Origin: Ramazzottius varieornatus
Taxonomy: Eukaryota > Animalia > Tardigrada
Assembly (NCBI GenBank): GCA_001949185.1
Contig: BDGG01000008.1
Location: forward strand, 1,648,655 to 1,712,654
Direction of reading: 5' to 3'
Length of the DNA stretch: 64,000 nt
The notes under the pieces: model-generated
Seen by the model: only the letters and a program-made list of their open reading frames with translations
What the model was told of the DNA's origin: nothing
Databases searched by the model: none
Shown: piece by piece, positions 1 to 12,725 of the stretch
Position numbering within the stretch: the stretch's first letter is position 1
Layout: each line of letters starts with the position of its first letter
Position numbers and translations under genes: made by a program

Positions 1-162
1 AAGCAGTATTTTCATTTGTACCCGGCGGATGCGGTCGCCGTTAAAAGTAGCTATCAGTTCAGCAACCCATATCTTTTGATAGGTATCAAAACAAAAGCCC
101 AGCAGTTTGTGTAGCCATCAATTCAGCAATCATTTGGTTTGTGTAGCTATGAAAACTACTAC

Positions 163-535
163 CGGGGTGGGTTGATTAATGGCGTAAAATGTACAATAGA
201 ACAGTAATGTCGCAAACGTGGAACAACGATGTCAACGCTGATTGGAGCAAAGGCTGGAAACGCGAACACGCCCATCGAATCGCATGACGTCTTAGCAGCA
301 GGAAACAGGAAAAGAAGAGCAGTCAGAAGGACAGGACAATCGGCGGAGAAGACGCCAGGAATACTCGAGGCTTCTTCACGTGGCCTGCAACGAAACAGAC
401 AGTCAGTCAATCGGTGAATGAGCTGATGGCCCTTCATCAACTCAAGTTTTATTTTCGAGTTTTGTGAAAATAAAACTCGAGTTGATTTAGCAGTCTATTG
501 ATCGGACCACTCACACCGTTTTTCAACTCACCCTG
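163..535. mobile_element. hAT-like MITE
   Basis: TIR CGGGGTGGGTTGA...TCAACTCACCCTG, flanked by a direct repeat CTACTAC(C) (156-162 and 536-542). Confidence 0.7.
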
Positions 536-634
536 CTACTACCTACATGTTTTTTTACCTACTTATCCAACTTTAAACATGTAGCCTCGCTTTTTACCTA
601 CATCATAACAGTCTATTTCTACGTGCGCCGTCAC

Positions 635-1306
635 TAGTGATGTTCTAATATGGGTTAATGAGATCTAATATAATAAAAACAAATATCCGCCGTCCATCAA
701 AGTTCTAATAAGTGACCACTACTATAGTAAAACGTCACCTGATTTAATAAAATATTACTACAGTAGAACTTTCGGGGGTTTGTTTTTAAAATATATTTTA
801 ATATCGGAGAGCTCGACGGAAGATCTAAAGATTCAGAATCATAACCATCAGATCAGCAAAAATACTGTAGTACAGCCTGCACCCTGCACCTGCACACTGT
901 AACATGGCCGATTGAAGTGCCAGACTGTATGCAGGTGCACGATGTACAAGGGTATCTATTCTGCAGTAGCCCTACTGTACTGCTGTGGAGGCATCATCAT
1001 GGTGTGGCGCACTTTATAAGGCGTGGTGGCACATCGAGAAGCCAACGCACGCGCATCAGAACTCAGCAAATCAACCAGTTTTTCGAATCAGCGGTAGCGT
1101 TAACCCGTATTAAAATTTATTTTACTATGGATGATGGACAACTTAATAATAATAAAATATGGCATTTCCGGTTTCAAGCTACTAAAATATAAATATTGGA
1201 ATGCAATGCCCAATTCTGTTTACTAAATATTACTAAATATAGTAGATGCTAAAAACATCTACTATCATCTACTTTAATATAATATTACTATATTAGAACA
1301 TCACTA
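635..1306. mobile_element. hAT-family MITE (TAATA-rich)
   Basis: TIR TAGTGATGTTCTAATAT...ATATTAGAACATCACTA; perfect 8-bp TSD GCCGTCAC (627-634, 1307-1314). Confidence 0.9.
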
Positions 1307-2805
1307 GCCGTCACATGCAAGTATGGAACCGTTAGTCATGACGTCATCGCACTGGCGAGTTAGACCGACGAAATGATCACGCCCACCAGTTTTCTGCTTT
1401 CCTTTGTTAGGAGGCAAGTAAAAACCGACTGTTTCGATGTAGGCAAAATTTGAGCCTACATGTTTACATGGACCCATGTGCCTACATGTGCCCAATAAGT
1501 AGGTGTAAAATCATGTACAGTAGGTTGCACTTGTGATGGCTACACAAACCAATAGATTGTTGAATCGATAGCTATCAAAACATGTAGCTACGTGATTCAA
1601 TAGCTCCCTAGAACGGTGACCGCATTTGCCGCCCATTTTTATACTTTCAGACCACCAAGGTAACATAGTCGTCTTCTAGAGAAAGGACAGCTTTCAAAAA
1701 ACTTTGACAGTACAGTTCCACACTTCCTTCAGATATTCCAGAATGTCGCGCGATCTTGCCCACAGGTATGCCTTCGCTGCCGAGACGAAGACGACGAATT
1801 GATATTCAGGACGAGATTTATATGATATTTTGCGATAAATCTTTCGGTATTGATATTTCGTTTTCGATATGAAATACGTATCGATATTCGATATGCTAGG
1901 TTCCTGATATCCCATTTTCGATATATCTAATTTTATTGCAGTGATATACGGGGTAGAGAACGTAATTCGGGCATAGCGATTTTCGCATCATAATTCAGGC
2001 AAATTTTTTCTCAGCTCCTGCTGGGCTGCTGCATGTACTGACGTGTATATTGTTTCCAAGCTCCAAACAGGTTTGGGAACAAAGAAAGTTTGTAAGTCAG
2101 AAGAATCTGTCGTGACAGAGAAACGGGTCTGCCCAACTCAGCCAACCAAAGTCTGTCGTCACTCACCTAGGTACGACAACTGTTTAGTTCGCCGCAGCAA
2201 AGATGGCTACATGTCCATGATGTAATACGGACGAGGCTGCGCTGCTAGCGCGACCCCGAACCGGTGCATTGATTCCCGATTTCTCCATTGCTAGTTTGCT
2301 GTTCGCCGACATATCAGGGATATATCCACACAACGTGATGTGATATTTTCAGTTAATGAAACTATTCATGATAGGTCGTCTGGTCGCATCGATGGGTGAC
2401 GTCGATACGGCTAGACTCGAGGTGGTACACAGTCTGGGTGTGACAACAAGGAGGAAGTGACGGCTCGGTACATCAGCCTTCCACCTGTTCCTCTGAGCTG
2501 CACCGGTCCCGTCAGCGAGCTCAGACCCTTTTCTATTAAGAAATGAAAACAGAAGAGCATGAAGGATGGGATGACAGGTGAGCAATTCGCAAGATGCAAA
2601 AGGCGCGAGTGAAACTATGATTTCAGAATGTTCCATCGAGAAGACTTCACGAACATGTTCATGCGGGTCAATCTCTGCCGGAAAACAGGTGGAGCTAACA
2701 CCCGGACGTGGCGAATGACTGGATGGGGTCAGCGAACAAGGAAGCAAAATGGGCTGACCGGCAACAGTACATGACTGTATGCAATGTACATGTATTAATA
2801 CATTG

Positions 2806-3386
2806 GACCTGTTTCGCAAGTCATGTTTTCGGCTTGCACAGCATAAGTATAGGTTTTATGCTGTGCAGTTATCCACGGCTTATGTTTTGCCTAATATCGC
2901 TGCACAGAACTTGAAATTCTGTGCAAGCGCAATTGATTGTACTATTGCCCACTTTGGTCGAAATTTGAAATTTTGGTGGAGTGGACCGTGATCAGACCAA
3001 TCAGCGAATTGGACTTGGCGCGTCAAGTGATCCGAGCTACACGCCTCTCCCACATTGCGCCACTTGACTTCCGCTTTCGTTCCTTCTCGACATCCATCAT
3101 GTGTTCGACCGAAACTAGCATTGAAGTTAGGAAGACATAATTGTCTTCCCGAAACTATTGCCAGAAAAGCGAAAGAAGTCCGGGCTTTATCCAGTGGAAG
3201 GATAAATGAGAGGCCCCGTGAATTCCGATGCCCTGCTGAATTCGCGCGGCCTAATATCCCTTTATGCTAATATTCTGTGCCAGAAGTGAGGAAACTGCGA
3301 AATGGTTTCTGCACAGAAACTGACACAGTGTAAAATCATGAGATTTCATTCTATTCAGAGCCGAAACATGACTTGCGAAACAGGTC
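2806..3386. mobile_element. MITE with about 28-bp TIRs, superfamily unclear
   Basis: GACCTGTTTCGCAAGTCATGTTTTCGGCT ... AGCCGAAACATGACTTGCGAAACAGGTC; no clean TSD. Confidence 0.8.
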
Positions 3387-3894
3387 TGTTGATCGCATAC
3401 ACGAACCAAAACAGTCCAGGGAGAACTCGATGTCCGGTCGGGTAATCATAAGAAGTGAAGACGCTTATCATTCGAAAACATGAACCAACATTATTGCTAA
3501 ATATAATAATTTTGGATTATCGTATTCTGCTCAGCTATATCCCCGCCATATTGATATTCCGATATGATATGTTGGCATATCGGATCACTGCGATGTGATA
3601 TATTTCGATAAAATACGATGTATATTATATTGATATTTATTCCAGTTGGCTTGGCCGCCCTGTATTCGTGGGCTGGCGGCAGATGACTACCGGAAACCGA
3701 ACGATGCTGGGGCTGATCAATGTGTCTACTTCGACCTCGATAATAATCGATCTCGATTCAGTTCTTTCGAGGTTTGCGCTAAAAAATGCTCGGCTTCGCA
3801 TCACCCATTTTGTCGACGAAAATTTGCCCGCTGAAACAGACGATGGATTGGGTGCACAGATAAATGCTTGCAGACTCAGTGCGCGGTTCTAGAC

Positions 3895-4286
3895 TAGAGC
3901 CCTGCAACGTGCAGCACGTTCTGCACTGCACTAAATTTTACTGCAATGCAGTGCAGTTGCAGTCGCCGAAATGGTGGGAAAATGCAGTTGCAGTGCAGTT
4001 GCATTTTTCAGAAAACGAGCACCGTTCGTCACAGTACACTTTTTTTGCCCCAAAACAGTAGTAAAATTAGCTTTTTTCCGCATTTTCTGGCCGGATTCTA
4101 CCATTTTTCGGTTAAATCCCCGTAAAACAACGACGTATACAATGTGTTCGACAAGTGTTTCCGTTGGCAGGCAGAAACTCTGGATTTTTAAATGCAGTGC
4201 AGTACAGTTGCAGTTTGGAAAACAGCAGAAAATTGCAGATGCAGTGCAGAAGCAGCACAGGTTTCAGCTACTGCTGCAGGGCTCTA
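3895..4286. mobile_element. hAT-family MITE (TGCAG-rich)
   Basis: TIR TAGAGCCCTGCA...TGCAGGGCTCTA; 8-bp TSD TTCTAGAC/TTCTAGAT (7 of 8 match). Confidence 0.85.
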
Positions 4287-4994
4287 TTCTAGATACTTAA
4301 CCCATTGCCGTATAGCGATCGAGATTGTAAAGCGACCGCTGATGTCAGTAAAATCAGAATTTTCAAAGCGAACAAATTTGAACAACTCAGCACAATCTTC
4401 TTTCATGAGCAATGTGCCGCGACGTTATGTTTCAGACCGATAAACAGTCTAGATTTGCCCACCTCGTTGCTTTGTGCTTACGTACCTGTACTTCGAGCTT
4501 TCGTCAAACCAGACTAGGTATAGCTACGACGTTAAACTTGCTAACCGCGAAGCGTTTCATATCCAGCTGATGTACCGTACGCTCCAGATGATCGACAGCC
4601 GAATATTTCAGCGAGCACCTCCTTCCGTCCGCTGACCCCAGCCCCGCGCCATTTGCCTACTTGAGCATGTCGTATGACGGGTTTCCAAGTGGATAGTTCT
4701 GCAGCATTACACAAGTTTTCATATGCACACATACGTACTACGGACCATGGTGTTACACAAGACAAGTCCTCACGCAAAATTACCATATGCTTGCTAGCTG
4801 CACCGATCAGAAAAGTTACGACTATAGCACTGATCACCCACATGCAATCGTCGCGGGGTTTTGGGTGCGCGACGATGTCGGAAAGGTTCCCACCTGTTGC
4901 GTCCAGCTTGAGAAGTGAGCTGTAGATGTCGAGCCAATCCCCCATCCCAACACAGCCATCACCGCCAACTGTTTACACTCTGTAAGACGGGAAT

Positions 4995-6293
4995 ATGTCT
5001 TCCAGGTATGGCGACCTGTACAGTGAGACGTCCTACCAGATGTACCATGCCAGCTACGCGAGGAATGCCAAGGCCATAGGAGTGCTATGGGCCATATTCA
5101 CCGTGTGTTTCGCCATCATCAACATCGTTGCTTTTGTGCAACCCCAGTGGATCGGCGACACATTGGCTAGTCCAGGTACGTCACTAATTTTTATGAACTC
5201 TGAGTTCGTGTTTCCGTTGAGAGGTTTTTGCAATGGACAGGTACGGGACATTTTGGACTGTACAGATATTGTCGCTGGACGGGTCTCGGTATCGAGTTGA
5301 GCTGCGATGGAACGCTAAGTATGCAACTTAATTTTTGAGTGTAGTTGTTAACCTGTTGACACAGCCGAGTACAATGGATTTCTCTTGCACAGATGATTTC
5401 TCAACAATACCCAGTCATGCTTTCCGCGCCAGCACCGTCTTCGTTGGAATTTCCGCCTTGATCATCCTGATATGCATCTGCGTCATGATACTTTTCTTCT
5501 TCCTCCATCCAGCCACCGTCTATCAGATTTGCGCATGGCTACAAGCTGTCTCTGGTATGCACTAGTACGGAAACTTTACAGACCTGGTATTGAACTTCCC
5601 TCGCCCGGATCGTTTTCCCAAGTGGCGCACGCTTCCATTGTTATCGGCTGCGAGCGTCCACCAGTTGGCAAAACGATCTGGGTGATTTCATTTATCCATT
5701 TCGCTTTGAAGAAATTAATGTCAAAGTCCATTCTGGATTTTTAGCGGTCCTAATGTTCTTGGGCGTGGTTATCTATCCTTCGGGCTGGGATCATCCGGTC
5801 GTGCGGTCCGTGTGCGGAAACGATGCCGTCAAATATTATCCAGGCGGATGTGGAATACGCTGGGCCTACATTCTGGCCATTCTTGGCATGTTCGACGCCA
5901 TCGTTCTGTCGGCTCTGGCTTTCGTTCTGGGTACGCGGTACATTCGACTTTCGGAAACCATCCCTAACCTGTCACGAGCGCCCTCTATGTACAAAGGTAA
6001 GTCGAAACTTTCGTAATGCACCTGTATATGGATTAATCGCACACCCCACGTAATGGCAATCACCAAGTGGATTATGCAAACTCTGTGTTGATCTAGGTGA
6101 CGTGAACTCGGCGTACACAGGAACCGGTGTTCCAGCTGATGCTCAGTCTGTCATCTCAAGACGGTCGATGAATCTCCAACCGGTACTATATCCAGCTGGT
6201 CAACATGACGGTCAGAAAATGTCAGAGTTTACCGCACGCCGATCAAATAGCAAGGGACGAACACCGGACAGAGAAGATCGCTTTCAGTTATAG
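4995..6293 (+). CDS. LHFPL3: LHFPL tetraspan membrane protein (LHFPL3/4, TMHS-like)
   Basis: Exons 4995-5175, 5241-5318, 5393-5554, 5745-5996, 6097-6293, all GT-AG and in frame. Motifs [60 protein letters not shown]. Confidence 0.92.
5619..5667. repeat. CAAGTGGCGCAC hairpin element core, LHFPL intron 3
   Basis: CAAGTGGCGCAC-N25-GTCCACCAGTTG with GATCGTTTT/AAAACGATC outer arms. Confidence 0.8.
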
Positions 6294-6760
6294 ATCTGCC
6301 TTCACGAACCTCTGAATCTGAAATAACCACGGCAGAAAGCTTTTGTATCCTGTACTACTTATATGAACTTGTCATGCTCCATTTTGATCTAAATGGCAGG
6401 GCTATGATTATGTGTAACAAACAGAATAGCTTCGCAGTAAATGACATTAAGTAAGCGTACCACGGTACTGTACAGTGTATCTTATTCAACATCTGTGTGG
6501 TTCCCCTCGATCAAAATCATCACGATCGCGTATACGCTTCCTCCGAACAAGTTCAGCAGCCGGTTCTAGTGTTTGACAATGACAAGCAAGAATGAGACGG
6601 CAATGGCGGTAGACAGCTAGTACAAACCAAGAAGAAATCGAAATCTGTTAGTCATTTCGCATAGTCTCTGATACCCTAGACAATGTCAAACGCCATGTCT
6701 GTCAGGTTCCTTCGGATGTTCATGTACATTTGTAGTTCATTTGCGAATTACAGAACCTTC

Positions 6761-9368
6761 TTAGTGGTGCATCGTCTCGTCAAAAATGAACTTCACGAGC
6801 TCGGGTTTCTTGAGGACGCGGGGCGGCTTCACCTGCAAAATGCAGATTATAATTTCTATAAAACGTCAACTGCTTATGTCTCCATGCAGAGTACTCTGCT
6901 GTGGGATCATTGGCTAACCTGCGAAGGTGATGCGGAAGAGTTCTCCAACAAGTACTCTCTCAGTCTTTCGAAAGCGCCAGGCTTCACCAGGAACACCTTC
7001 GGTGGAGACAACGCTCCGCCATCTCTGTAGTACTTGTACATTTCATGACCTTCGTACAAGTACTTCTCCACCTGCAACAGGTGCAACTTCTATCCAGGCT
7101 GTTCACTGCGCGCTGAAAGGTACGGACTAAATACTGCTTACGAGAACTGAAAGTCTTAGAGCCAGTCCGCTTCCAGTAGCCTCTTTAGGATTCTTCATAT
7201 CCAGCTCCAAGAACAGGACATAGTGAGGAGCCCGATGTTCATAAGTTTTTCTGTGTACAACGCTGTCGAATATCACGCTTTCGCACGAGGTGAAATCCGC
7301 CACACCCTTGATGTCTTCGGAGAGCTCTGCAGCGGCGCTCATGATGGAGTTATACAAAATGCCTTCGGGCAATTTCTCTGAGCGAATGTTGAGCAGCTCC
7401 CCAGTTCGGTGGAGGAAAGTAACCACTGGCCATTTATTGTAGAACTCTTCGATGCGCACAACATCTGGCATCGTAAAGCGGAAGATTTTTTCACAGTCTT
7501 GACGTTTAAATACGAAAGTAGTCTAACCTCCAATACGATATCGATACAGGCCGCACGGACTGGTCACAACTAGTTCATATTCCTGGTTGAGCTGGACCTA
7601 CCAAGGATGGTCAAATATTGGTCACGGATTAGATATATCAATTTATGGAACATGTCGGGTTGCGAATACGTACTTCGTCTGCGAATACAGTTTTCGGCTG
7701 TTCCTCGTGCATATCGCTCACTGGAATGAACTCGAAGAATATCTTGTAAGGTGCAAGGAGCCATACCGAAGGATGCCGGTTGGGCCAGATGTTGATACCC
7801 AGCCATCCTTCGGTCGCCATATAGAATGCCCCATAGAATGGGACACCTGCCGAACTTTTACAGATACATATTGGTATAATGCCGTGCTCGAGTATTTCAG
7901 GATGAGGATAGGGTTTCCTCACCTTTGAAGTATGTGTCTTTCAGAATTTTCCCGTAATGGGCGAAAGCTCCCGATGTAATGGTATACACAAGGCCCAGCT
8001 TTGGCCATATGCGCTTAGCAATGCCAGCCATACCTGAAAGTGCTCGAAGGTGCATACGGTGCTTATTGGCACTACATTCCGATTACAGCTGTTTACCCTT
8101 GTCGAACTCTCTTTGAAGTTCGTCTGCTCGTTTCGGGTCAGGTTTCAAGTGCTTCTGCAGACCCTGCCTCTGCTCTTCTGTTAGAACCAAATTTTTCTTC
8201 AAAGTGCCATCTCGAATGTCCTTGACCAGTTCCGGCCACCACGCTTCCATATCATGAAAAACAAAGTACAGTATGGAGGCGAAAGGAGTATCAACCGAGG
8301 GTAGCTGCCGAAACCGCAGGCCAAAGAGCAGATGGACGTAACGCGTGGACGTCTCATCCGCGATGGAGTAGGCTATGCGCGGACTGGTAAATACTTCTCC
8401 CTTCAACATGGCCTTGAAGAAATAACTGGTGAACGGTCCGAAGGCTGTACCATCCGCCGTGTAACGGAGAGCTTCCGGATTGAAATATAGATACATTTTC
8501 TGAAAATGAAAGTTCGATCCATCACTATCCAAACATACTCAAGTGACCGACACTCATGTGTGGAGTCGACAAGCGATTTTCACCCAGATTGCCATCTCAA
8601 GTGACGACGCACCTCTCCCTTGTTGTTAGCCGAGAGCTTGCGCCACTTGGACAAGCGATCTGGGTTAGTGTGTTTGACGTGGTACCGGATGTTGAACTTA
8701 CGCGTTTCAGCAACCGAATTTGGGGAATCGTCGGTGCTACCTTATTCAAGATCATTGGGATGGCACAGAAGAGGATAGTCTTCAGCTGAGATTTCAAGAA
8801 GGGTATTCTGTTGCTTTTACCAGTGGTCCCTGACGTAAAGGCGAACAAGACCGGCTTCTCTTTCGAGAGTATATTCGTCTCGCCATTGGTCAGCATTCGT
8901 TCGCAATAAGGTTCGAAATGTTGGTACTTGCACAAAGGGTGGACGCTGCGAAACTCTTCTCTGTTTGAGACCTTATCCAGACCATACTTGCGGCTGTATT
9001 CGGTGCCGGCATTTGTGCGCAACAAGTCGCGCAATGTATCTTCCTGTGTCTTCTTGGGATTCTTAGTCACTCTGGTAACTTCCCAGTCGACATAGTACCC
9101 TCGAACAGTCAGGATTATGTTCACAGCGAACCTCTGTAAGGCGATGCGGAAGGGCAATGTGCGATCGACGAAGAGCAGCGCACCGACAACCAGGAGGGAA
9201 GCCAGCGCAAGGATCCCGCCTACGACAGAAACAGCTCAAATTGCTGAATCCGAGAAAGGTTTGCAGCTACAATATCCGTCGGCTTGATTGGTGGCTCTTA
9301 CTCCCAAGGTATTTCCAGAAACCGGTCGTGAGGCCATATTTTGCAAGCAAAGGAACAAGACCCGACAT
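6761..9368 (-). CDS. GHDC: GH3 domain-containing protein (acyl-adenylate-forming, GHDC-like) with N-terminal hydrophobic anchor
   Basis: Motifs LLRTNAGTEY, FAFTSGTTGK, YMATEG, FFEFIP, YRIGD, VKPPRVL. Multi-exon; first exon 9302-9368 (alternative in-frame ATG at 9407); stop TAA at 6761-6763. Confidence 0.85.
8598..8649. repeat. Hairpin element core, GH3 gene intron
   Basis: CAAGTGACGACGCAC...TTGCGCCACTTG with CCCAGAT/ATCTGGG arms. Confidence 0.8.
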
Positions 9369-9694
9369 AAACAATATTAACGCAAATGAATTTCTGGAGA
9401 CTATCATTTTAAACAAGAAAAATCCCTAGCAAATACCCAGCTTGAAATTTGAACTCGGAAAATTTCCGTGCTGTCTAGAAAAGCGAGCTGCTATCTTTCC
9501 TCCACGCAATCGTCTGACTTGCCTCTGTTGTGCAGACTGCTGCTATTAACTGAAAACTGGGTGGCATATCTTCCGATAACCTCTGATAAGGCCTTGTTGG
9601 CTATCGGTCGGAAAGACATTCAGCTTGTCCTGCAAAATTCGCAGGGAACTGTGACTGACTTCAGGTGAACGAGACGAGAAAATAGGTGTCGCCA

Positions 9695-12272
9695 TCAGAC
9701 GCGGATAGAGTCACTGCCTGGAAATGTAAAGACGAAATAGTCGTCGATTTCCCGGTTGTATTTGGTCGAGACCTGGAACACCCAGATGATGTATTGGTGA
9801 TTAAGTCGACGAAACACTCTTGAAAGCTGGAAACTTACATCGAAGCCATTCTTGGCAAACCTTTCTTTCAATGTTTCATGATAGTCAGCGCATCTCGTCT
9901 TTGGCAGCCCGATCAGGTACTTGGGCGTCTCAAAGATGACTCGTGCTCCGGGGCGCAACATGCGCATCAGTCCGGTCAGTGAGTCGAGTAGCGAACTGCA
10001 AAGAAATACAAGTCCCGATCAGTGTACAGGCTGAAAAGATGTAATGCCGGTATGCGGCGACAGACAGGCCGCCATTCCGCGCTAAATTTGCAAAAGACTT
10101 ACTGCCCTCCCACATATGCGACGTCAAAAAGTCCCCGATATTTTTCTTTATCACTGATCACCGAGTTGTTAACGGGAGGAAGAAACACGATCCTATATCG
10201 AGACTTCCAGTCAAGAAGGGCGTCGCCATCCGTACTGTCCGCCTCGACTGTAGAAGAAACCACTCAGATATCGAACACACAACTCATCGTGGAGAAAACG
10301 ACTAATGGAATTCCACCTCCATACAGTCGAAAGATGTTCGCTGTTACTGTAGACGAGAAGCTAATATTGAACGGCAAATACCGGATTCCGTGATTTCTGT
10401 GAGCGTTGCTTCTTTTTTCTCCGACGAATTGTCAGGCTTTTCTAGCGCAAATATCATTTGGAGGTAGTCCATCAGAACGTTCTGTGAGGCAATTTCGGAC
10501 GACTACAAAAGACAACGGTTATATACAGTGCATGATACATTAGCGCTGACCCCTTCTCCTGAGCTGATTTTTTTCTGAGTGTGAGAAACGTACCACGGTG
10601 TCGATATCGTTGCGGACTTTCCGGTACTTCAGGGCGTCTTCACCCAGTCCGAAGGCGACGAAAGGGCTGGTCAGCATGTCACCCCAATATCCTTCCATGT
10701 CGTACTTACTATCCTTCTAGAGTCATGTCAAAACATTCCGGTTTACTCCTCATCTCTCATATATGGAACAGAGACTGCGACGAAAACCGAAAGCTCCGCA
10801 AACAAACTCGACATAACAGTTCTCCCACGTGGCGCACGTATTTATCATTTCCGGTCGAAAAAGTGCGCCATGCACTTGGGAGAAAAATTTTATCTAGTTT
10901 GTCTGCCTGTGAAGCTGTGACAAAAATTCTACTCGGTACCTGACTGACAGATAGACTACTGAGAAGAGTTCTGTTTGGAAAGGAATACGCCGCGCTGTCC
11001 CTTGACTCGAAAGCTATACCGGTTTCTCGCCATCGATAATATACTGGTCCAGTTATCATCTTGCCCTATTGAGATGAACGAAACTCAATACAAACCTATT
11101 ACGGAGCTTGACCGGGAGCTCCACTGCAAGGGTACTTTGACTTACGTACTCCCACGTCACTCAGGTTCATAGCGTAGTCCCAGTCGTAAGCTCCGACGCG
11201 GTGGTCATAACGGGCTTCCAGATCACGTCGGCTGCGAGCCTCCCTGCAAGAAACCAAGTCCATGCACTCAAAAGTTTGTTGGGCGTGATAGTATCTGTTC
11301 ATTAACGATCTGCTTACCACGATTTTGCGTAATCTCGCTCGTCCTTCTTTACGTTGATCCACCTCTTGAAAATTTTCTCCAGCTCGTCCTTGTCCTTATA
11401 CTGACGAAAAGTCGGTTATTAGTACTCTGTGCACAAACCAAAGTTGAACCCGACTACGAGCATCGAGATGGGCGTACTCGAAGGTGCGACAGGTCGAACA
11501 CGCAAAACTCTTCTTTGCCGTGTTTGTCGCCCGTAACCAGCCTGTGAATCACAAGCAAAAACCGTCAGAAAAGTGGGCTCCCAACAGTGACATCAGCTGA
11601 CCTTGCTCGACTACTGAAGGAGCCACTGTAGTGCTCGGCATCAGAACACCCTGGTATTATTACAGTCGCATGTCACCTTATCAGATCCTCCGTTTTCTTT
11701 TGCAAAAACTGCCTTGTCTGCTCGCGAATTTTGAGATCGCCGAATATCTCCAGGAAAAGTTCCACTTTCGCTGAAACACATACCAAGGTGATAAACTGAT
11801 GAGAGCAAAAACAGAAGGCGGTTTTCGCAAGGTTTCCGTCCACACTTCCAAGCCTTGCAATGTCAAGCAGTGGCGCTTACTTACTGTGATAACCAAGCAG
11901 TGCAGGCGACTCGAAAACTATCGAAAATAGCAGAAGGTTCCGAGCAATGTTCTCCAGCGTGGGATCCAAGTGGTAAAACTGTAACGACCCAAAACACTAC
12001 TTAGTCCTTATAGGCACAATAGTGAAAGGTCATCGTGAAATTTATCAACGCACTTGGACACGCCCGTCTTTGTTTCTGCAGCGATCCACTGCCATACTTT
12101 TGAGTACATGGCGACAATCTCCAGCTGAACACAGCAAAACCTTAAGCCATCCTCCTTCGCCTTCGCGGTTCACTCCGGGTGCTGCATAAGACGAAACATC
12201 TAACGCTGGAGTGATACCCCAGAACGAAACGAGGCCGTGACCTGTCAACTTCAAAGGCTTTGAGGCCGCCAT
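9695..12272 (-). CDS. DNAAF3: Dynein axonemal assembly factor 3 (PF22)
   Basis: N-terminal GHGLVSFWGITPALD, LLCSAGDCRHVLKS, ARYDHRVGAYDWDYAMNL, YYRWRETGIAF, PNRTLLS, GDFLTS; multi-exon. Confidence 0.85.
10826..10878. repeat. Hairpin element core, DNAAF3 intron
   Basis: CACGTGGCGCAC...GTGCGCCA(TGCA)CTTG. Confidence 0.7.
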
Positions 12273-12725
12273 TTTCGCAAAACAAAAATCTTGAAATATT
12301 CAGCGCGGCTTTCTGCCGTATACTTTCTTCGATCGACACCAACCTCAGGTGCAACACAGCTCGTACAAATGGTTCGAATGTTGCTAAGTCGAGTTGGCGC
12401 TGGCTCCGAACTGTAAACCGGAAGTCGGACCATTTTTCTTTGATTATTATGTCTGTCCAAGTTTAGTCAGAATGTGAAAAGTTTTGACACAATGGGCGTG
12501 CGGGCAGTCGAACAGCCAGACAAGATCATGGATAAAACAATTGGTACGACGTTCGTACTAAAGCGCAATGCGCAGGAGAACAGACCTACCTAGTGGGGTT
12601 AGACTAGAATAGCCTAACCCTACTAGACAGCTCGACAGGATAGCAAAAGCTGTACGGAGCAATTTCAATCGGCGATGAAAGACTAGAAGGCTCATTTGTT
12701 ATCGACACTAACACGGAGAACTAAA

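Larger units (their letters stand above)
20..1640. mobile_element. Old foldback/long-TIR non-autonomous element interrupted by two younger hAT MITEs
   Basis: Left arm (about 20-162 plus 543-620) is the imperfect reverse complement of about 1420-1640 (e.g. GGTTTGTGTAGC/GCTACACAAACC; CCTACATC/GATGTAGG). Exact termini unresolved. Confidence 0.6.

Noticed and set aside
2430-2680. Possible decayed hAT dimerisation domain (EEVTARYISLPP...NMFMRVN)
   Set aside because: Too degenerate; the core SERxFS motif is not visible.
3024-3067. TCAAGTG...GCGCCACTTGA inside the 2806-3386 MITE
   Set aside because: Only one good arm, wrong spacing and no outer arms; not counted.
11865-11915. Apparent extra copy of the hairpin element (CAGTGGCGCTTAC...GGCGACTCG)
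   Set aside because: It overlaps a DNAAF3 coding exon and its donor site and the arms match poorly; probably chance.
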